From Myxococcota bacterium (GTDB taxonomy: Bacteria > Myxococcota_A > UBA9160 > JAFDDA01): DNA of 64,000 nucleotides. The stretch spans positions 2,400,001 through 2,464,000 of the forward strand of contig OZ245817.1 of NCBI GenBank assembly GCA_965228475.1, in the 5' to 3' direction. Within the stretch, counting starts at the first letter, position 1, and the number at the start of each line of letters is the position of its first letter. Below are positions 58,134 to 64,000 of this stretch, piece by piece. The position numbers and the translations under genes were made by a program. A model generated the notes under the pieces. The model worked only from the letters and a program-made list of their open reading frames with translations, was not told where the DNA came from and made no database searches.

Positions 58134-59126
58134 CTAGTGGAGGACGCCCTTCTTGGCCTTGTCCGTCGGCGCTTCGACGGGCTTCTCGGCGGCTTCCTTG
58201 GCGGTCTGCTCCTCGGCCTTGCGCACGATCAGCCGGCCGAGTTCGCTCTCGGCCTTCCGAATGTCGCCCTCGTACTTGAGGATGATCGAGAGCGTGTCCT
58301 TGACGATCGACTCGTCGAGCTCGTTCGAGTTCAGCACGAGCAGCGCCCGCGCCCAGTCGAGCGTCTCGGAGATCGAAGGCGTCTTCTTCAGGTCGAGCTT
58401 GCGGATGCGGTGCATCACGCCGACCAGCTCCTCCGCCAGCCGGTCCGCGATGCCCGGCACCTTGGCCTCGAGGATCTTCTGCTCGAGGGCTTCGTCCGGG
58501 AAATCGATGAACAGGTGGAGGCAGCGGCGCTTCAGGGCGTCGCTCATCTCGCGGGCGTCGTTCGAGGTCAGGATCACGAGGGGCGTCTGCTTTGCCTCGA
58601 AGGTCCCGATCTCGGGCACCGAGACCTGGTAGTCCGAGAGCACCTCGAGCAGGAACGCCTCGAACTCCGGATCCGACTTGTCGACCTCGTCGATCAGGAG
58701 CAGGACCGGATCCTCCGAGGTGATCGCCCGCATGAGCGGCCGCGGCACGATGAACTGGTCCGAGAAGAACACGCTGTCCTGCTGGCCGACGCGGGCCGCG
58801 GCCTCCTGGATGGTGCTCGCCCCCTCCATCGACTCCGTGAAGCGCTCCTTCAGGATCTGGGTGTAGAGGAGCTGCTTCGAGTACTCCCACTCGTAGAGCG
58901 CCTTGGCCTCGTCGAGCCCCTCGTAGCACTGGAGGCGGATCAGCTCGCGATTCGTCGCCGCGGCGACGACCTTCGCGAGCTCCGTCTTTCCGACGCCGGC
59001 CGGGCCCTCGACGAGCACGGGCTTCCCGAGCTGCTCCGCGAGGTACACCACCGTGGCGATGTTCTTGCCACAGATGTAGCCCTGGGCATCCAGGGAAGAG
59101 ATGACGTCGTCGACCGATTCGAACAT
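58134..59126 (-). CDS. MoxR family AAA+ ATPase (CoxD-like)
   Basis: GPAGVGKT, LQCYEGLD, LLIDEVDK and DALKRRC motifs. Confidence 0.92.
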   Translation of the reverse strand: MFESVDDVISSLDAQGYICGKNIATVVYLAEQLGKPVLVEGPAGVGKTELAKVVAAATNRELIRLQCYEGLDEAKALYEWEYSKQLLYTQILKERFTESMEGASTIQEAAARVGQQDSVFFSDQFIVPRPLMRAITSEDPVLLLIDEVDKSDPEFEAFLLEVLSDYQVSVPEIGTFEAKQTPLVILTSNDAREMSDALKRRCLHLFIDFPDEALEQKILEAKVPGIADRLAEELVGVMHRIRKLDLKKTPSISETLDWARALLVLNSNELDESIVKDTLSIILKYEGDIRKAESELGRLIVRKAEEQTAKEAAEKPVEAPTDKAKKGVLH

Positions 59127-59135
59127 GAAGCGCTC

Positions 59136-60413
59136 CTAGCCCCTGAGGTGAAGGACGTGGCCGAGCTTTTCCTTCTTCGCGCGGAGGTAGTCGAGGTTGC
59201 GCTCGTTCGGCGCAATCTCGATCGGCACCCGCTCGACGATGGTCAGGCCATAGCCTTCGATTCCGGCACGTTTACCGGGGTTGTTGGTGATGAGTCGCAT
59301 GTGGCGCACGCCGATGTCCCGGAGGATCTGGGCGCCGACGCCGTAGTCACGCAGGTCCGGCGGGAAGCCGAGCTTCTCGTTGGCCTCGACCGTGTCGAGC
59401 CCTTCGCCGTCCTGGAGCCCGTAGGCCGCGATCTTGTTCTTGAGGCCGATCCCGCGGCCTTCCTGGCGCATGTAGAGGATCACGCCCTTGCCGACGTCGT
59501 CGATCATGCGCATGGCGGCTTCGAGCTGTTCGCCGCAATCGCAGCGCAGGGAGCCGAAGGCATCGCCGGTCAGGCATTCGCTGTGCACGCGGACGAGCAC
59601 CGGCTCCTCGGGATCGATCTCGCCTTTCACGAGCGCGACGTGGTCGACGTGGTCGATCGCGTTCTCGTAGACGTGGGCGTCGAACTCGCCCCCGGCGGCA
59701 GTCGGGATCTTCGCGCTCGAGGCCCGCGCGACGAGCGTCTCGTTGCGCAGCCGGTAGTCGATCATGTCGGCGATCGTGACGATCTTGAGACCGTGCTCGC
59801 GCCCGAACTCCACGAGGTCGGGCATGCGGGCCATGCTGCCGTCGTCGTTCATGATCTCGCAGATCACCGAGGCCGGCTTGAAGCCCGCCATGCGGGCCAG
59901 GTCGATGCCGCCTTCGGTCTGCCCCGCCCGCCGCAGGACGCCGCCTTCGCGGCCCCGGAGCGGGAAGATGTGGCCCGGCCGGACGATGTCGTAGGGCTTC
60001 GTGTCGTCGGCGATCGCCGTGAGCACGGTCCGGGCCCGGTCCGCGGCCGAGATGCCCGTCGTGACGCCCTCGCGGGCCTCGATCGAGACGGTGAAGGCCG
60101 TGTGGAAGGGGGTCGTGTTCTCCGCCTCGGGCACCATCATGTCGAGGCGCAGCTCCCGCAGGCGCTCCTCGGTCAGGGGCAGGCAGATCAGCCCGCGGCC
60201 GTACTTGGCCATGAAGTTGATCGCTTCGGGGGTGCAGGCCTCGGCGGCCATGCACAGATCGCCTTCGTTCTCGCGGTCCTCGTCGTCGACGAGGATCACC
60301 ATGCGCCCGGCGCGGATCTCCTCGATCGCCTCCTCGACGCTGGCGATCGAATCGCTGAAGTCCGGCTTCTGCAGGGAGCCCGGGTCGGGCCGTTCGAGGG
60401 TCTCGTCCGCCAT
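59136..60413 (-). CDS. ribBA: Bifunctional DHBP synthase / GTP cyclohydrolase II
   Basis: [33 protein letters not shown] and QEGRGIGL motifs. Confidence 0.96.
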   Translation of the reverse strand: MADETLERPDPGSLQKPDFSDSIASVEEAIEEIRAGRMVILVDDEDRENEGDLCMAAEACTPEAINFMAKYGRGLICLPLTEERLRELRLDMMVPEAENTTPFHTAFTVSIEAREGVTTGISAADRARTVLTAIADDTKPYDIVRPGHIFPLRGREGGVLRRAGQTEGGIDLARMAGFKPASVICEIMNDDGSMARMPDLVEFGREHGLKIVTIADMIDYRLRNETLVARASSAKIPTAAGGEFDAHVYENAIDHVDHVALVKGEIDPEEPVLVRVHSECLTGDAFGSLRCDCGEQLEAAMRMIDDVGKGVILYMRQEGRGIGLKNKIAAYGLQDGEGLDTVEANEKLGFPPDLRDYGVGAQILRDIGVRHMRLITNNPGKRAGIEGYGLTIVERVPIEIAPNERNLDYLRAKKEKLGHVLHLRG

Positions 60414-60515
60414 CCGTATTTCCTCCCGTACGGACCCCCCTGGAGGTGGCGTCCGTCCAGTGGAGTGGGTTCCGTCGGCTTCCCCCGTCGCGGACCCTGT
60501 GAAGGGAACCCGACG

Positions 60516-60544
60516 ACGCTATCAGCCGTTGATTCCAGTGTCAA
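60516..60544 (-). promoter_or_regulatory. Sigma70 promoter for the ribBA operon
   Basis: TTGACA-N17-TAGCGT with extended TGn. Confidence 0.7.
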
Positions 60545-60575
60545 ACCGGCAACCCATCGGAACCAAAAGCGTTCC

Positions 60576-60596
60576 CGCCAACCTGACGCCAACCTG
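60576..60596. repeat. 10-bp direct repeat with 11-bp period upstream of the ribBA promoter
   Basis: CGCCAACCTG-A-CGCCAACCTG. Confidence 0.7.
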
Positions 60597-60600
60597 GGCG

Positions 60601-61580
60601 CTACTTCCGGAACAGGTCGAGGAGCAACCGGGCGGCGCTCGCCGGGGCGATTCGCCGAGCCGTGACCTCCTCCTTCAGGCTCGGGAGACGCGCGGCGACC
60701 TCGGGATGGTCCCGGAACGCGCGGGCGAGGCCCTCGTCGACGAGGCTCTCCATCCAGGCGAGATCCTGGGCCTGGCGGCGCGTCTCGAGCTCGCCGCTCG
60801 CCTCGATCTGCGCCCGGTGCTCGAGCACGGTCTGCCAGAACGCATCGATCCCGAGCCCCGAGAGCGCGCTCGTCTTCAGCACCCGGGGCTGCCAGCTCGA
60901 CTGGGCCCGGAACAGTCCGATCGCCGCCTCGTGCTCCGCCGCCGTGCGGTCCGCGAGGCCGGCCTGGGGCCCGTCGGCCTTGTTCACGACGAGCACGTCC
61001 GCAATCTCGAGGACGCCCTTCTTCATGCCCTGGAGTTCGTCGCCCGCACCGGGCTGGAGCAGCACCGCGAAGAAGTCGACCATCGAGGCCACGGTCGCCT
61101 CGGACTGGCCGACTCCCACTGTCTCGACGATCACCGCGTCGTAGCCCGCCGCTTCGCAGACGAGCATGGCTTCGCGGGTCCGATGGGCGACGCCGCCGAG
61201 CTCGCCGCCCGAGGGCGAGGGCCGGATGAACGCCTCGCTCCGGTGCGCGAGCCGCTCCATGCGGGTCTTGTCCCCGAGGATGCTGCCGCCTGAGACCTGG
61301 CTCGAGGGGTCGATGGCGAGAACGGCCACGCGCTTGCCAGCCTCGATCAGGTGGAGCCCCAGGGCCTCGATGAAGGTGCTCTTGCCGACGCCGGGCGTGC
61401 CGGTGATGCCGAGCCGCACGGCGCGGCCGGTCTCCGGCAGGAGCGCCTCGAGGACCGCCTGCCCGCCCGCCGCGCGGTCTTCCCGCGTGCTCTCGAGCCA
61501 GGTGATCGTCCGGGCCACCGAGCGGCGGTCGCCCGCGCGGACCCCGTCGACGAAAGCGGAGACCTCCTCGGCCCCGGGCT

Positions 61581-61584
<4 letters not shown>
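60601..61584 (-). CDS. meaB: Methylmalonyl-CoA mutase-associated GTPase MeaB/ArgK
   Basis: [29 protein letters not shown] and NKAD; ATGA overlap with scpA. Confidence 0.94.
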
Positions 61585-63731
<2,147 letters not shown>

Positions 63732-63821
63732 CGTGTCGTCTCCATCCGTCCGCGGGAACCCGTCCTGGCGGCGGCGGCAAATTAGCTCACATGGCCCGGC
63801 GAGACTGGCCCGGCGGCCGGA

Positions 63822-64000
63822 TCACATGGCGCGCCGGTACTGGCCTCCGACCTGGAAGAGCGCGTCGCTGATCTGGCCGAGGCTCGCGACCTGCACCGTC
63901 TCCATGAGCTCGGCGAAGACGTTCCCGCCCGCCAGGGCGACTTCCTGAAGCCGCGCGAGGGCCGCCGGGGCATCCTGCGCATGGCGTGCGTGGAAGGCGG
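63822..64000 (-). CDS. C-terminus of a fused isobutyryl-CoA mutase (IcmF-like), partial
   Basis: Manual translation ...GGNVFAELMETVQVASLGQISDALFQVGGQYRRAM*, resembling the IcmF C-terminal GGQYRRxM. Confidence 0.75.
   Translation of the reverse strand, partial: AFHARHAQDAPAALARLQEVALAGGNVFAELMETVQVASLGQISDALFQVGGQYRRAM

Noticed and set aside
60414..60515. FMN or c-di-GMP-I riboswitch call for the ribBA leader
   Set aside because: The conserved core sequences of both families are missing; kept only as an unknown structured leader.

Overview
Very GC-rich bacterial chromosome segment. A Myxococcota/deltaproteobacterial origin is inferred from the AUC-started IF3 with a C-terminal tail, a PEP-CTERM protein, and DUF4388 and PEGA proteins. 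The backbone is core genome on the minus strand: icmF-like/scpA/meaB, ribBA-moxR-VWA-site-2 protease, miaB, two atypical signalling genes, guaB-guaA-dnaE, tRNA-Val, infC-rpmI-rplT-pheS-pheT-ihfA-merR, tRNA-Pro, a displaced thrS, and pcm-nlpD-apt-tRNA-Arg. Accessory catabolic and envelope genes are interleaved: a hydratase/DUF35/Ltp2 module, GH10, GH13, an LLM oxidoreductase, 2OG-Fe(II) oxygenases, a sulfatase-like/GT-C cluster and an amidase. I saw no integrase, transposase, CRISPR array or rRNA. The best leads are: (1) an orphan ~120-nt sRNA with its own promoter, a C-rich loop and a terminator at 55.8-55.96 kb; (2) a DUF4956-CotH-VTC operon with a divergent phosphoesterase, a possible polyphosphate export/extracytoplasmic kinase system; (3) a pseudo-enzyme signalling pair (REC-GAF-degenerate GGDEF-DICT-like, and pseudo-REC-DUF4388-pseudo-GTPase); (4) several structured leaders and covarying hairpins (GST, thrS, infC, rpmI-rplT, guaB, ribBA); (5) leaderless genes, including a 46-aa CxxC basic microprotein. 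All family calls come from motif recognition by eye; no searches or folding programs were run.
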